The notes under the pieces are model-generated. The model was given only the letters and a program-made list of their open reading frames with translations. It ran no database searches and was not told where the DNA came from. Made by a program: the position numbers and the translations under genes. A stretch of 53,812 nt of DNA from an uncultured Dehalococcoidia bacterium (GTDB lineage Bacteria; Chloroflexota; Dehalococcoidia; DSTF01; JACRBR01). Shown in pieces: positions 9,358 to 20,331 of the stretch. Numbering within the stretch: the stretch's first letter is position 1; each line of letters begins with the position of its first letter. The stretch lies in assembly GCA_964371095.1 (NCBI GenBank), contig CAYJMJ010000002.1, positions 56 through 53,867 of the forward strand, given 5' to 3'.

Positions 9358-10202
9358 CCCGCATCGCGGTCAACGGCATCCACCTCAACGTCGAGGAGCG
9401 CGGCCGCGGCGAGCCTGTGCTGCTCCTGCACGGCTTCACGGGCAGCGCCGCGACGTGGCAGGGATTCTCGGACGCCTGGGACGGTTGGCGCTGCATCGCC
9501 GTCGATCTCATCGGCCACGGCGAGTCTGACGCGCCGGCCGACGAGCGCCGTTACACGATGGAACACTGCGTCGCCGACCTCGTGGCCCTGCTCGATGCGC
9601 TCGGCGTCGTGCGGCTCCCCGTGCTCGGCTATTCGATGGGTGGACGCGTGGCGTTGCAGCTCGCGGCCGCCGCGCCGGAGCGCGTCTCCGCGCTGGTGCT
9701 CGAGGGCGCCTCCCCGGGCATCGACGATCCGGCGGAACGAGCCGCACGCGTCGTCTCCGACCGCGACCTGGCCGATGCGATCGAGCGCGATGGCGTGCCC
9801 GCGTTCGTCGACCGCTGGGAGCGCATTCCCCTGTTCTCGACGCAGTCCCGGCTCCCGGAGGACTTGCGCGCGCGGCTCCGCGCCCAGCGGATGGCCAACC
9901 GCCCGCACGGCCTCGCGAACAGCCTGCGCGGCATGGGCGCGGGCGCCCAGACGTCGCTCTGGCCGCGCCTCGATGCGCTGACGATGCCCGCGCTGCTCAT
10001 CGCCGGTGCGGAGGATCACAAATACAGCGAGATGGCGGCCGCGATGGCCGATCGGATGCCGGCCGCGGGCGTCTGCATCGTGCCGGATGCTGGCCACGCC
10101 GTCCATCTCGAGCGCCCCGAAGTCTTCAACGACCGCGTAAAGGAGTTCCTGTCCACATGCCTGCTCGACCACCAGAGACTCGCGTCATCGCCCCGGCTGT
10201 GA
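9354..10202 (+). CDS. menH: SHCHC synthase (alpha/beta hydrolase)
   Basis: [30 protein letters not shown]; position in the operon. Confidence 0.9.
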   Translation: MTRIAVNGIHLNVEERGRGEPVLLLHGFTGSAATWQGFSDAWDGWRCIAVDLIGHGESDAPADERRYTMEHCVADLVALLDALGVVRLPVLGYSMGGRVALQLAAAAPERVSALVLEGASPGIDDPAERAARVVSDRDLADAIERDGVPAFVDRWERIPLFSTQSRLPEDLRARLRAQRMANRPHGLANSLRGMGAGAQTSLWPRLDALTMPALLIAGAEDHKYSEMAAAMADRMPAAGVCIVPDAGHAVHLERPEVFNDRVKEFLSTCLLDHQRLASSPRL

Positions 10203-11011
10203 ACTGGACGGCCGCGAAACAATACGGGGACATCCTGTACGAGAAGTGCGACGGGATGGCCAAAATCACGATCAACCGGCCGGAGGTGCGCAACGCCTTT
10301 CGGCCGCAGACGCTGTTCGAGCTGAAGGAGGCGTTCGCCGACGCGCACGAGGACGCGGCGATCGGCGTCGTCATCCTGACGGGCGCGGGCGGTGAGGCGT
10401 TCTGCTCGGGTGGTGATCAGCGCGTGCGCGGCCACGGCGGCTACGTCGGCGACGACGGCGTGCCGCGGCTCAACGTCCTCGAACTCCAGCGTCAGATCCG
10501 CACGATGCCGAAGCCGGTCATCGCCATGGTCGCGGGGTACGCCATCGGCGGCGGCCACGTGCTGCACCTGGTCTGCGACCTGACGATCGCCGCCGACAAC
10601 GCGATCTTCGGCCAGACCGGGCCGAAGGTGGGCAGCTTCGATGCAGGCTACGGTGCGACCTTGCTGGCGCGCATCGTCGGGCACAAGAAGGCGCGCGAGA
10701 TCTGGTACCTCTGCCGCCAGTACGACGCGCAGCAGGCGCTGGACATGGGCCTCGTCAATGTTGTCGTGCCCCTCGATCGCCTCGAAGAGGAAACGGTGCA
10801 ATGGGCGCGCGAGATGCTCGAAAAGAGCCCGCTCGCTTTGCGCTTCCTCAAGGCGGCGTTCAACGCCGACACAGACGGCCTCGCCGGGTTGCAGCAGCTC
10901 GCCGGCGACGCCACGCTGCTCTATTACCTCACCGAGGAGGCCAAAGAGGGGCGCGACGCCTTCGTCGAGAAGCGGACGCCGGACTTCTCCAAGTTCCCGC
11001 GGCTTCCCTGA
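10157..11011 (+). CDS. menB: 1,4-dihydroxy-2-naphthoyl-CoA synthase (alternative GTG start at 10199)
   Basis: [47 protein letters not shown]. Confidence 0.97.
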   Translation: MPARPPETRVIAPAVNWTAAKQYGDILYEKCDGMAKITINRPEVRNAFRPQTLFELKEAFADAHEDAAIGVVILTGAGGEAFCSGGDQRVRGHGGYVGDDGVPRLNVLELQRQIRTMPKPVIAMVAGYAIGGGHVLHLVCDLTIAADNAIFGQTGPKVGSFDAGYGATLLARIVGHKKAREIWYLCRQYDAQQALDMGLVNVVVPLDRLEEETVQWAREMLEKSPLALRFLKAAFNADTDGLAGLQQLAGDATLLYYLTEEAKEGRDAFVEKRTPDFSKFPRLP

Positions 11012-11014
11012 CCG

Positions 11015-11911
11015 ATGACCGCTCCCGCCGCCGCACGCCCCGGCCGCGTCAAGACGTGGATGCTCGCCGCCCGGCCGCCGACGCTCTGGGCCGCGGTCGT
11101 GCCGGTCGCCGTCGGCACCGCCGCCGCCGTCCACGATGGTGATTTCCGGCTGCCGGTGCTGTTGATGGCGTTGGCCGCGAGCCTGCTGCTCCAGGTCGGC
11201 ACGAACTTCGCCAACGACGTCTTCGACTTCGAGCGCGGCGCGGACACCGGCGAGCGCCTGGGGCCGCCGCGCGTCACGCAGAGCGGCCTGCTCTCCCCCG
11301 GCGACGTGCGGCGTGGCATGGCGGTGGCCTTTGGCGGCGCCGTGCTGCTGGGCCTCGGCCTGGCGTATTACGGCGGCTGGCCGATCATCGCCATCGGCGT
11401 CCTCTCCATCGTGGCCGGCATCGCCTACACCGGCGGCCCGTGGCCGACGGGCTACCACGGCCTCGGCGACGCCTTCGTCTTCTGCTTCTTCGGCCTCGTC
11501 GCGGTGGCCGGCACCTACTACCTGCACACCGACACGCTGCGCTGGCCGGCGATAGCCGCCGCCGTGCCCGTCGGTCTGCTGATCACGGCGATCCTCGTCG
11601 TCAACAACCTGCGCGATCGCGAGACCGACGCCCGTAGCGGCAAGCGCACGCTCGCCGTGCGGCTCGGCGACCGGGCGACGCGCGTCGAGTTCGGCACGCT
11701 CGTCGCCGGCTCATACGTCGCCGTCGCCGCGATGGCCGCCGTCTGGTCCTGGTGGCTGCTGCTGCCGATGCTCAGCCTGCCCTTCGCCGCCCGCGTCACG
11801 ATGCCGGTGCTCGCAGGCGCGCGGGCAGCCGAGCTGAACGTCGCGCTCAAGCGCACGGCCCAGCTTCAGCTCCTGTTCGGCCTGCTGCTCGCCGCGGGAT
11901 TCGTGCTGTGA
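11015..11911 (+). CDS. menA: 1,4-dihydroxy-2-naphthoate prenyltransferase
   Basis: ARPPTL, NFANDVFD..GAD, NNLRD..TD..GKRTLAVRLG; multiple transmembrane segments. Confidence 0.95.
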   Translation: MTAPAAARPGRVKTWMLAARPPTLWAAVVPVAVGTAAAVHDGDFRLPVLLMALAASLLLQVGTNFANDVFDFERGADTGERLGPPRVTQSGLLSPGDVRRGMAVAFGGAVLLGLGLAYYGGWPIIAIGVLSIVAGIAYTGGPWPTGYHGLGDAFVFCFFGLVAVAGTYYLHTDTLRWPAIAAAVPVGLLITAILVVNNLRDRETDARSGKRTLAVRLGDRATRVEFGTLVAGSYVAVAAMAAVWSWWLLLPMLSLPFAARVTMPVLAGARAAELNVALKRTAQLQLLFGLLLAAGFVL

Positions 11912-13011
11912 GGATCGTCGCGGTGCGATGGACGCCGTACGCCATCCCGTTCCGGCGTCCGCTCATCACGGCGCACCGCCGATGGGACGTGCGCGAGGGC
12001 GTGATCGTCGAGATCGAGACCGATGCCGGTTTCCGCGGGCACGGCGACGTCGCTCCGCTGCCGGAGTTCGGTACGGCGGACGCGGCGGCGTGCGCCGCAG
12101 CCCTGGCAACGGCGGCACCCGGCCTCGCCGGAACTCCGGTCGATGGTGCTATGCGCGCCCTCGATGCGGTCGTAACGGATGCCGCATTCGCGCCGCTCCG
12201 ATGCGCCGTCGAGACAGCATGTCTGGACATCGAAGGCCGGGCTGCCGGCATGAGCGTCGCGCGTCTGCTGGCACCCGCAGCGGCGGCGAGCGTCCCGGTC
12301 AACGCGATCGCCGCTGACGAGCACGAAGCCGCGCGGGCCGTGGTTGGCGGGTTCCACTCCATCAAGCTCAAGGTGGGCGCAGCGTCGCGTGCCGATGATC
12401 TCGCGCGCATCGCGGCCGTCCGGCGCGCCATCGGGCCGGGAATCGCGCTCCGGCTCGACGCCAACGGCGCGTGGACCGAGCACGAGGCCACCGAATTCAT
12501 GCGTGCCGCTGCGGCAAGCGACATCGAATTCGTCGAGCAGCCGGTCGCCGCCGGCGACCTCGCCGCGCTGCGACGCGTTCGCGCATCGGTGCCCGTGCCG
12601 ATCGCCGCCGATGAGGACGTGACGAGCGTGGATGCGGCGCGCCGGATCGTGGCGGCCGGCGCGGCCGACGTGCTGATCGTGAAGCCGGCCGTCGTCGGCG
12701 GGCCGCGGCGCGCGTGCGAGATCGCCGCGATGGCGGCGGCCGCCGGGGTGTCGGCCGTCGTCACGAGCGCGATGGAGAGCGGCATCGGCGTCGCCGGCGC
12801 TCTCCACGCTGCGGCTGCGTGCGCCGGTTCGGCCGCGCGCGCATCGGGGCTGGCCACGCTGGACCTTCTCGGCTCGGACCTTCTCGTCGAGTGTCCGCCG
12901 GTCGTCGGCGGTGCGATGGCGGTGCCGTCCGGCACTGGCCTCGGCGTCGCGCTCGATGAGGCCGCGCTGGAACAATGCCGCACCGGGCCCACGCGAGCGG
13001 TCTGCGCATGA
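11908..13011 (+). CDS. menC: o-succinylbenzoate synthase (enolase superfamily)
   Basis: GTGA overlap with menA; KLKVG, RLDANGAW, EQP, ADE, VKP motifs. Confidence 0.9.
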   Translation: MRIVAVRWTPYAIPFRRPLITAHRRWDVREGVIVEIETDAGFRGHGDVAPLPEFGTADAAACAAALATAAPGLAGTPVDGAMRALDAVVTDAAFAPLRCAVETACLDIEGRAAGMSVARLLAPAAAASVPVNAIAADEHEAARAVVGGFHSIKLKVGAASRADDLARIAAVRRAIGPGIALRLDANGAWTEHEATEFMRAAAASDIEFVEQPVAAGDLAALRRVRASVPVPIAADEDVTSVDAARRIVAAGAADVLIVKPAVVGGPRRACEIAAMAAAAGVSAVVTSAMESGIGVAGALHAAAACAGSAARASGLATLDLLGSDLLVECPPVVGGAMAVPSGTGLGVALDEAALEQCRTGPTRAVCA

Positions 13012-14486
13012 TCGACATACGCGCCTTCGAGCGGGACTGGCTGCGCACGCGCGCCGCGCTGACGCCGCTGCGGCCGGCGATCCTCGCCGCCGGACGCGAA
13101 ACATCGTTCGCCGCGCTCGACGAGCGAGTCGATGCCGTCGCACGCGGGCTCGTCGCGCATGGCGCGCGCGACGGCGACCGCGTCGCGCTGATGCTGCCGA
13201 ACGGCGTGCCCTTCATCGAGCTGGTCCACGCGGCGCCGCGCGCGGGAGCGATCATCGTGCCGCTCAACACGCGGCTTTCGCGCGACGAACTGGCGTGGCA
13301 GCTTCGCGATGCCGGCGCTTCGATGCTCGTCTGCGACGACGCCACATCGAAGGTGGGGCACGCGGCGGCCGATGTCGCAGGCGTGCCGGCGTGCCACGCG
13401 GCCGAGATCGATGGCGCGCCCACGGCGGATGCGGCGCTCTGCTACCGCGGCGGCCTCGACCGCGTACACAGCATCATCTACACGTCGGGAACCACCGGCA
13501 CGCCGAAGGGCGCGATGCTGACGTTCGCGAACCACCTCTGGAGCGCGATCGCCTCGGCGATGAACCTCGGACTGCGCGCGGACGATCGCCTGCTCGCCAG
13601 CCTTCCCATGTTCCACGTGGGAGGCATGGCCGTGTTGCTGCGCGGCGCGCTGTACGGCAACGCCGTTGTGGTGCAGCAGTCCTTCGATCCGGCGTGCGTT
13701 AACGCCGCGATCGACGAAGACGGCGTTACGATGGTCTCCGTGGTCGCCAACATGCTGCGCCGGATGCTCGACGCGCGCGGAGACGCGCCGTATCCCGCAT
13801 CGCTGCGCACCGTCCTCCTCGGCGGCGGACCCGCGCCGCGCGAACTGCTAGAGGAGGGCGCGGCGCGCGGGCTGCCCGTGCTGCAGACCTACGGCCTCAC
13901 CGAGGCCGCTTCGCAGGTGGCGACGCTCGCGCCGGGCGACGCGCTGCGCAAGCTCGGCTCGGCCGGCCGGCCGCTGCCCGTCACCCGTATCCGCATCGAG
14001 CACGACGGCTCGCCGTGCCCGATGGGCGCCCCGGGCGAGATCCTCGTGTACGGCCCGACCGTCAGCCCCGGCTACTGGCGGCGTCCGGCCGAGACCGCCG
14101 AGACGTTCCGCGACGGCTGGCTGCGCACCGGCGACCTGGGTTATCTCGACGCCGAAGGCTACCTGTACGTCCTGGACCGCCGCGACGACCTGATCGTTTC
14201 CGGTGGCGAGAACGTCTACCCGGCCGAGGTCGAAGCGATTCTCCTGGCGCACCCGGACGTATCCGAAGCCGCCGTCTATGGCGTGCCCGACGCGCGCTGG
14301 GGCAGCGTGCCCGAGGCGGCGGTCGTGCGTCGAGCCGGTGCGTCCGCGACGGAGGGGGAGATCATCGAGTGGTGCGGCGCGCGCCTCGCCCGATACAAGA
14401 CGCCTGCGCGCGTGCGCTTCGTCGATGCGCTGCCGCGCAACGCCGCCGGCAAGGTGCAACGGCGTCTCCTGCGCGAGCGGCGGTAG
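13008..14486 (+). CDS. menE: o-succinylbenzoate-CoA ligase
   Basis: ATGA overlap; YTSGTTGTPKG, FHVGG, YGLTE, TGDLG, SGGENVYPAEVE, LPRNAAGK. Confidence 0.93.
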   Translation: MIDIRAFERDWLRTRAALTPLRPAILAAGRETSFAALDERVDAVARGLVAHGARDGDRVALMLPNGVPFIELVHAAPRAGAIIVPLNTRLSRDELAWQLRDAGASMLVCDDATSKVGHAAADVAGVPACHAAEIDGAPTADAALCYRGGLDRVHSIIYTSGTTGTPKGAMLTFANHLWSAIASAMNLGLRADDRLLASLPMFHVGGMAVLLRGALYGNAVVVQQSFDPACVNAAIDEDGVTMVSVVANMLRRMLDARGDAPYPASLRTVLLGGGPAPRELLEEGAARGLPVLQTYGLTEAASQVATLAPGDALRKLGSAGRPLPVTRIRIEHDGSPCPMGAPGEILVYGPTVSPGYWRRPAETAETFRDGWLRTGDLGYLDAEGYLYVLDRRDDLIVSGGENVYPAEVEAILLAHPDVSEAAVYGVPDARWGSVPEAAVVRRAGASATEGEIIEWCGARLARYKTPARVRFVDALPRNAAGKVQRRLLRERR

Positions 14487-14633
14487 GCGGCAGCGCCGAA
14501 CACACGGGCCGCCCGCTGACGGCGCGGAGCGCCGCAGTTCGCCGCGGCACCTGTGGAAAGCGCGCATATCTCCTAAATCTCGTTGACCCGTCGAGCGACA
14601 CCGTGCTACCCGTGAAACGGAACGGAGGACGTT

Positions 14634-15650
14634 GTGGAATATCGCGCACTCGGTCAGAGCGGCATCAGTGTTTCGACGCTGGGGTTCGGCGTGTGGACGC
14701 TCAGCACGGGCTGGTGGGGCGACTACACCGACGCGGAGGCTGTCGCGCTGCTGCGGCGGGCCCGCTCGCTCGGCGTCACCTTCTTCGATGCCTCGGACAG
14801 CTACGGCAACGGGCGCGCCGAGGAGCAGATCGGCGAGGCGTTCGCCAACGACCCGGACGTCGTCATTGCCACCAAGGTCGGCTACGACTTCTACACGCAC
14901 GGGAGCGAGCGCCGCGGCCAGCGCGAGATCCCGCAGGACTTCACCCCGGCCTACATTCGCCGCGCGTGCGACGAGAGCCTGCGCCGGCTGCGCCGCGAGC
15001 GCATCGATTTCTACCAGCTGCACAACCCGAAGATGGACACGATCGAGCGCGACGAGACGTTCGCCTGTCTCGATGACCTCGTGCGAGAAGGCAAGCTCCG
15101 TGCATACGGCGTTGCGCTCGGGCCGGCGATCGGCTGGGAGGCCGAGGGCGTGAAGGCCGCGCGCGAGCGTCACGTCGCCGGCATGCAGATCATCTACAAC
15201 CTGCTCGAGCAGGACCCCGGCCGGGCACAGATTGCGGCCTGCCGCGAGGCCGGCGCCGGCGTCGTCGTTCGGGTGCCGCACAGCTCGGGCCTGCTCGAGG
15301 GCGCCTACACCGAGGACACCGTCTTTGCGGAAAACGACCACCGCCGGCATCGACCGCGGTCATGGCTGGTCAACGGGCTGAAGAAGGTGGACCAACTCCG
15401 CTTCCTTGTCGACGCGCGTCCGAGCGCGACGATCGGCCAGATCGCCTTGCAGTGGATCCTCGCCGACCCGGCCGTGGCGTCGACGCTGCCGAACATCTAC
15501 GGCGCCGCGCAGCTCGACGAGTTCGCGGCGGCGAGCGACGTCGCGCCGCTGACGGCGGGCGAGCTGGCGCGCGTGCAGGAGCTGTACGACGCGAATTTCG
15601 GGCTCGAGCCGGCCGTCGAAAACGCACGGGCGGCGGTGGCGGGCGCATGA
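14634..15650 (+). CDS. Aldo/keto reductase
   Basis: GGAGG RBS; LGFGVW, FFDASDSYG (Asp/Tyr), IATKVG (Lys), YQLHNP (His): catalytic tetrad appears intact. Confidence 0.92.
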   Translation: MEYRALGQSGISVSTLGFGVWTLSTGWWGDYTDAEAVALLRRARSLGVTFFDASDSYGNGRAEEQIGEAFANDPDVVIATKVGYDFYTHGSERRGQREIPQDFTPAYIRRACDESLRRLRRERIDFYQLHNPKMDTIERDETFACLDDLVREGKLRAYGVALGPAIGWEAEGVKAARERHVAGMQIIYNLLEQDPGRAQIAACREAGAGVVVRVPHSSGLLEGAYTEDTVFAENDHRRHRPRSWLVNGLKKVDQLRFLVDARPSATIGQIALQWILADPAVASTLPNIYGAAQLDEFAAASDVAPLTAGELARVQELYDANFGLEPAVENARAAVAGA

Positions 15651-16712
15651 GCCAGCGAAGCGGACGGGAGACCATGGACCAGACCGATCAGCAGTTGCTC
15701 AACGAGATGCAGGACCGCTTCCCGGCGGTGCGCGCGCCGTTCGCGGAGTTGGCCGCCCGCATCGGCATCGGTGAGCGCGAGGTGCTGGAGCGGCTGAGCG
15801 CTCTGCGCGCCTCCGGCGTCCTCCGCCAGGTCAGCCCGATCTTTGACACGAAGGCGCTCGGCTACGCGACGTCGCTCGTCGCCATGCGCGTGCCCGACGG
15901 GCGGATGAGCGAGGCCGCGGAAGTCGTGAACGCCCACCCGGGCGTGAGCCACAACTACCGGCGCAATCACGAGTTCAACATGTGGTTCACTATCGCCGTG
16001 CCGCCGGGCGCGATCCTGCAGGACCACGTCGACGCGCTGCACGCGCTCGCCGGCGCGGAATCGACGCGGATGCTGCCGACGCTGCGCCTGTTCAAGATCG
16101 GCGTGACGCTCGATATGACGGGCGAGCGTGCGATGGATCACCGGTCGGCGCCGCAGTACACCCACGACCAGCGCGAGATCGCCGCCTCGAACACCCTCTC
16201 CCCCCGGGACATCGATGTCGTGCGCGCCGTGCAGGGCGACCTCGCGCTCGAGCCGGATCCGTTCGCCGCGCCGGCGGCCGCCCTCGGCGTGAGCGCCGAC
16301 GATCTGATCACCGCCCTCGCGGATCTGCAGCGGAGGGGATACCTGCGGCGGTTCGCGGCGATCCTGCGGCATCGCAAGGCGGGGTTCGGCGCGAACGGCA
16401 TGGCCGTCTGGGCCGTGCCCGCCGAGAACGTCGTGGAGATCGGCCAGACGATGGCCGGATACACGGCGATCAGTCACTGCTACCAGCGCCCGGTCTACCC
16501 TGACTGGAAGTACAACCTCTTCACGATGATCCACGCCCGCAAGACCGGCGAGTGCGAGGAGTTCGTCGCGCAGCTCGCGAAGACGCACGGACTCGACGAT
16601 CACGCCGTGCTCTACAGCACCACCGAGTACAAGAAGATCCGGCTGGCCTACTTCACGCCGGAGTTCGACGAGTGGGAGCGGCAGCACGTCCACGGGAGGG
16701 AACAGGTCACGC

Positions 16713-16723
<11 letters not shown>
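15647..16723 (+). CDS. ahbAB: Fused siroheme decarboxylase AhbA/AhbB (NirDL-like, two Lrp/AsnC-like halves); alternative start at 15674
   Basis: Two repeats with VSHNYRRNHEFNMWFT and ISHCYQRPVYPDWKYNLFTMIH; RRFAAILRHRKAGFGANGM; LYSTTEYKK. Confidence 0.85.
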
Positions 16724-17429
<706 letters not shown>

Positions 17430-17459
17430 TCGGGATCATGCGCCCGTTGCGGCGTCGTG

Positions 17460-17481
17460 CATGCCGCCGGCCGGCGGCATG
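17460..17481. terminator. Perfect 22-nt palindrome after chdC, probable terminator hairpin
   Basis: CATGCCGCCGGCCGGCGGCATG is its own reverse complement; 30 nt after the chdC stop; no U-tract. Confidence 0.4.
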
Positions 17482-17598
17482 GCGTGCGATCGGAACGAGC
17501 CGGGGAACGCGCGTATACCGGTCCGCGCCCGGCGTGTATTCCCGGTTTGGGCCGGAAGATACACTTGGCCCGCACTGCATCCCTCTTACACTGCCGGT

Positions 17599-18306
17599 GT
17601 GAGCCATTTGAAGATCAGACTGGCATTCCTGGTTGCGTGCGGCGCGCTCGTCCTGGCCACCGCCTGCACGTCGTCGAAGGGCGAGCTCGCACCGGCAGGT
17701 GACACGACGCAGGTCCCGCCGGTGGACACCGAGACGCTCCCAGCCGGCCACCCGACGGTTCCGGCCGACGCACGGGAACTCCCCGTCGAGGCCCTGCTCA
17801 GCGAGACGGATCTCGGCGCCGACTGGTTCCAGGAGTCGCACGCGGACGCGCCGATGACGCCGCAGGACACGTTCTTCTGCGGCAAGAAGGTCGAGCCGCT
17901 TCCGTGGACGCACGTCGCCCGGTTTACGAACGATGCCACCGGCAGCATCGTGATCGAGATCCTCACGAAGATGAGCGATGCGGATGCGGCGATGGCCGCG
18001 CTCGAGCAGGAGCGCGATGCGACGAGAGGGTGCAGCCAGTGGTCTTCGAGCGCCGACATGAAGGATCCCTGGCACATCGACTCGGTGGCGGCGCTCGATG
18101 TCGGCGACGAGGCACTCCTCGAGAAATCGTCGATCCAGTTCTCCGATCCGCCGGAGACAGGCATCGACTACGCGGTGCTCGTCCGAGCGGGCGACGTCAT
18201 CATCCGGATCGAGGAGAATGTCGTCGGCGACGTTGCCAGCGACGAAACGGCCGGGTTCGCGCGTTCGGCCTACGAGAAGCTCGTCAAGGCCACCGGCGGG
18301 AACTAG
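17599..18306 (+). CDS. Lipoprotein, hypothetical (possibly a PknH-like extracellular sensor fold)
   Basis: Lipobox LATAC after a hydrophobic stretch; Pro/Thr linker; two further Cys; TACACT 6 nt before GTG 17599. Confidence 0.7.
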   Translation: MSHLKIRLAFLVACGALVLATACTSSKGELAPAGDTTQVPPVDTETLPAGHPTVPADARELPVEALLSETDLGADWFQESHADAPMTPQDTFFCGKKVEPLPWTHVARFTNDATGSIVIEILTKMSDADAAMAALEQERDATRGCSQWSSSADMKDPWHIDSVAALDVGDEALLEKSSIQFSDPPETGIDYAVLVRAGDVIIRIEENVVGDVASDETAGFARSAYEKLVKATGGN

Positions 18307-18376
18307 CCAAGCCGGAATCCATCTGATCGATGCAACCTGCTGTTACCGCAAACGCGGCAGCGGAAGGAGGCTGACG

Positions 18377-18835
18377 ATGCAACACCTCGGCACAGCGAAG
18401 ACCGTTCCGATCATGATCATTCTGGGCCTGCTGCTCGCGACGCTGGTGTGCGTCGCCGCCATGGCCAGCGCCGCAACGTTCGCCGGCGACTGGCGATGGA
18501 GCGGCTGGGGCATGGGCAGCGGCCACATGCAACGGATGATGGGAGGCGGCACGAACTCCTCCAACGCGCCCGTATCCGTCGGCGGCAAGACCGAGGCCGT
18601 CGCCATGCGGGGCTCGGTGTTCGCGCCCGGCAACCTTCAGGTACCCGTCGGCGCCACGGTGACGTGGACGAACTTCGACGCCGTTCCCCACACGGCGTCG
18701 GCGAAGGATGGCAGCTGGGACACCGGCATCTTCAACGGCGGCGAATCGAAGTCGATCACGTTCGACCGGGCCGGCGACTACGAGTACTACTGCAAGGTCC
18801 ACCCGGCGATGATCGCCCGGCTCACCGTGCGGTGA
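18377..18835 (+). CDS. Secreted or anchored cupredoxin (plastocyanin/amicyanin-like)
   Basis: GGAAGGAGG RBS; type-1 Cu ligands PHT and YYCKVHPAM; Gly/Met-rich linker. Confidence 0.9.
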   Translation: MQHLGTAKTVPIMIILGLLLATLVCVAAMASAATFAGDWRWSGWGMGSGHMQRMMGGGTNSSNAPVSVGGKTEAVAMRGSVFAPGNLQVPVGATVTWTNFDAVPHTASAKDGSWDTGIFNGGESKSITFDRAGDYEYYCKVHPAMIARLTVR

Positions 18836-18889
18836 GGTCCTGTCCCGGCTCCTGACGCAGCCCGGACCCCACACTGCTTCGTTTCTGGC

Positions 18890-19956
18890 GTGCGCCGCGC
18901 CGTGTCATCGGCGCGAGCCCGGGCTGCTCCCGTTCGCGAGACGCGGATCATCGACGTCCCGCAACGCCTGGCGGCCATCGATCTCGACGTTGTCGAGGCG
19001 CTGGGCGGCGACTGCATCGGCATCACCACGAACGATCCGAATCCGCCTTCGGCCCCGGCTGACGACGGCGAGTACGAGTCGTACCGCGACGAATGGGGCG
19101 CGCTCCGTCGACGTCCGCACGGCGGCTTGTACTTCGATCTCGCCGAGAGCCCGCTCCACGAACCGACGGCGGAGGCGCTCGCGGCGTTCGCGTGGCCCGA
19201 CCCGGACGACCCGCGCCGCTACATCGGCCTGCGCGAGCAGGCACAGCGGCTGCGCGAGACGACTCCGTACGCGATCGTCGGCCGGCCCGACTTCGGCAGC
19301 GACATCCTCGGCACGTTCCAGCACACCCGCGGGGCTATACGGAGTCGCTGCTCGATCTCGCGCCGTACCCGGACTTCGCCGAGGAGTACTTGGAGCGGGT
19401 GACCGATATCGCCGTGCGTGCGTGGACCCGATTCCTCGCGGAGGTGGGCGACCGCATCGACGTCGCGGCGACGTTCGACGATCTCGGCATGCAGGACCGC
19501 CCGCTGATGTCCGTCAAGATGTACCGCCGGTTCCTCAAAGACCGCCACGCCCGGATCTTCGAGACAATTCGCGGCCACACGCGAGCCCACATCTTCTTCC
19601 ACTCCGACGGCGCCATCGTCGATTTCCTCCCGGACCTCGTCGAGATCGGGGTGCAGGTGTTGAACCCGGTGCAGGTCTCTTCCAGCGGGCTCGAGGATAC
19701 GGCGGCGCTGAAGCGGCGCTTCGGCGAGGAGTTGAGCTTCTGGGGCGCGGCGTGCGACTTCCAGGTGGTGCTGTCGCGCGGCACGCCGCAGGATGTGCGC
19801 GCCGAGACGCAGCGTCGCATCCGCGACCTGGCGCCGGGCGGCGGCTTCGTCTGCGCGTCGGTACACAACGTCCAGCCCGACGTGCCGCCGGCGAACGTGC
19901 TGGCGATGTTCGCCGCCGCGCGCGACTTCGGCGCATGCCCCGTGCGCCCCGCCTGA
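18890..19956 (+). pseudogene. Uroporphyrinogen decarboxylase/MtaA-CmuA family gene, 5'-truncated and frameshifted
   Basis: Frame 18890 has DEWG and WPDPDD; frame 19093 has DDLGMQ, FHSDG, LNPVQ, LAPGGGF, HNVQPDVPPAN; frames switch at CGCGGGGCTAT near 19328-19338; the usual N-terminal segment appears absent. Confidence 0.75.
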
Positions 19957-20049
19957 CGCCTGGCGCGTCGCCGCCTGCGCTGGCCCTCGCCCCACCGGCC
20001 ACCTTCGTCGAACGGCAGGCTGTACGATCGATGTGCCGGAGGGGCATCG

Positions 20050-20331
20050 ATGATCCCAACGCTCATGCTGTTTGGACTGGTGTTCGGCCGCTGGTGGCGA
20101 TTCGCCCTGGCCACGGCTGCGGTCGCCTGGCCCGTGGCGCTCGCGGTCACGGATGTGATGAGCCCGGAGTGGGGGCTGATCACCGCCGCGATGTTGGCCG
20201 TCGCCAACACGTTCGCCGGCGTTCTCCTGCACCAGGGAGCCTCATGGTGCGTCCGGCACGCCCGCATCCAGTTGCGGCGGCCGCCCGTTCCAAACGATCA
20301 TACGCCGGTCGCCGGTTCGAGGATAAAATGA
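20050..20331 (+). CDS. Small integral membrane protein, hypothetical
   Basis: GGAGGGG RBS; 2-3 hydrophobic helices (MIPTLMLFGLVFGRWW...). Confidence 0.7.
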   Translation: MIPTLMLFGLVFGRWWRFALATAAVAWPVALAVTDVMSPEWGLITAAMLAVANTFAGVLLHQGASWCVRHARIQLRRPPVPNDHTPVAGSRIK

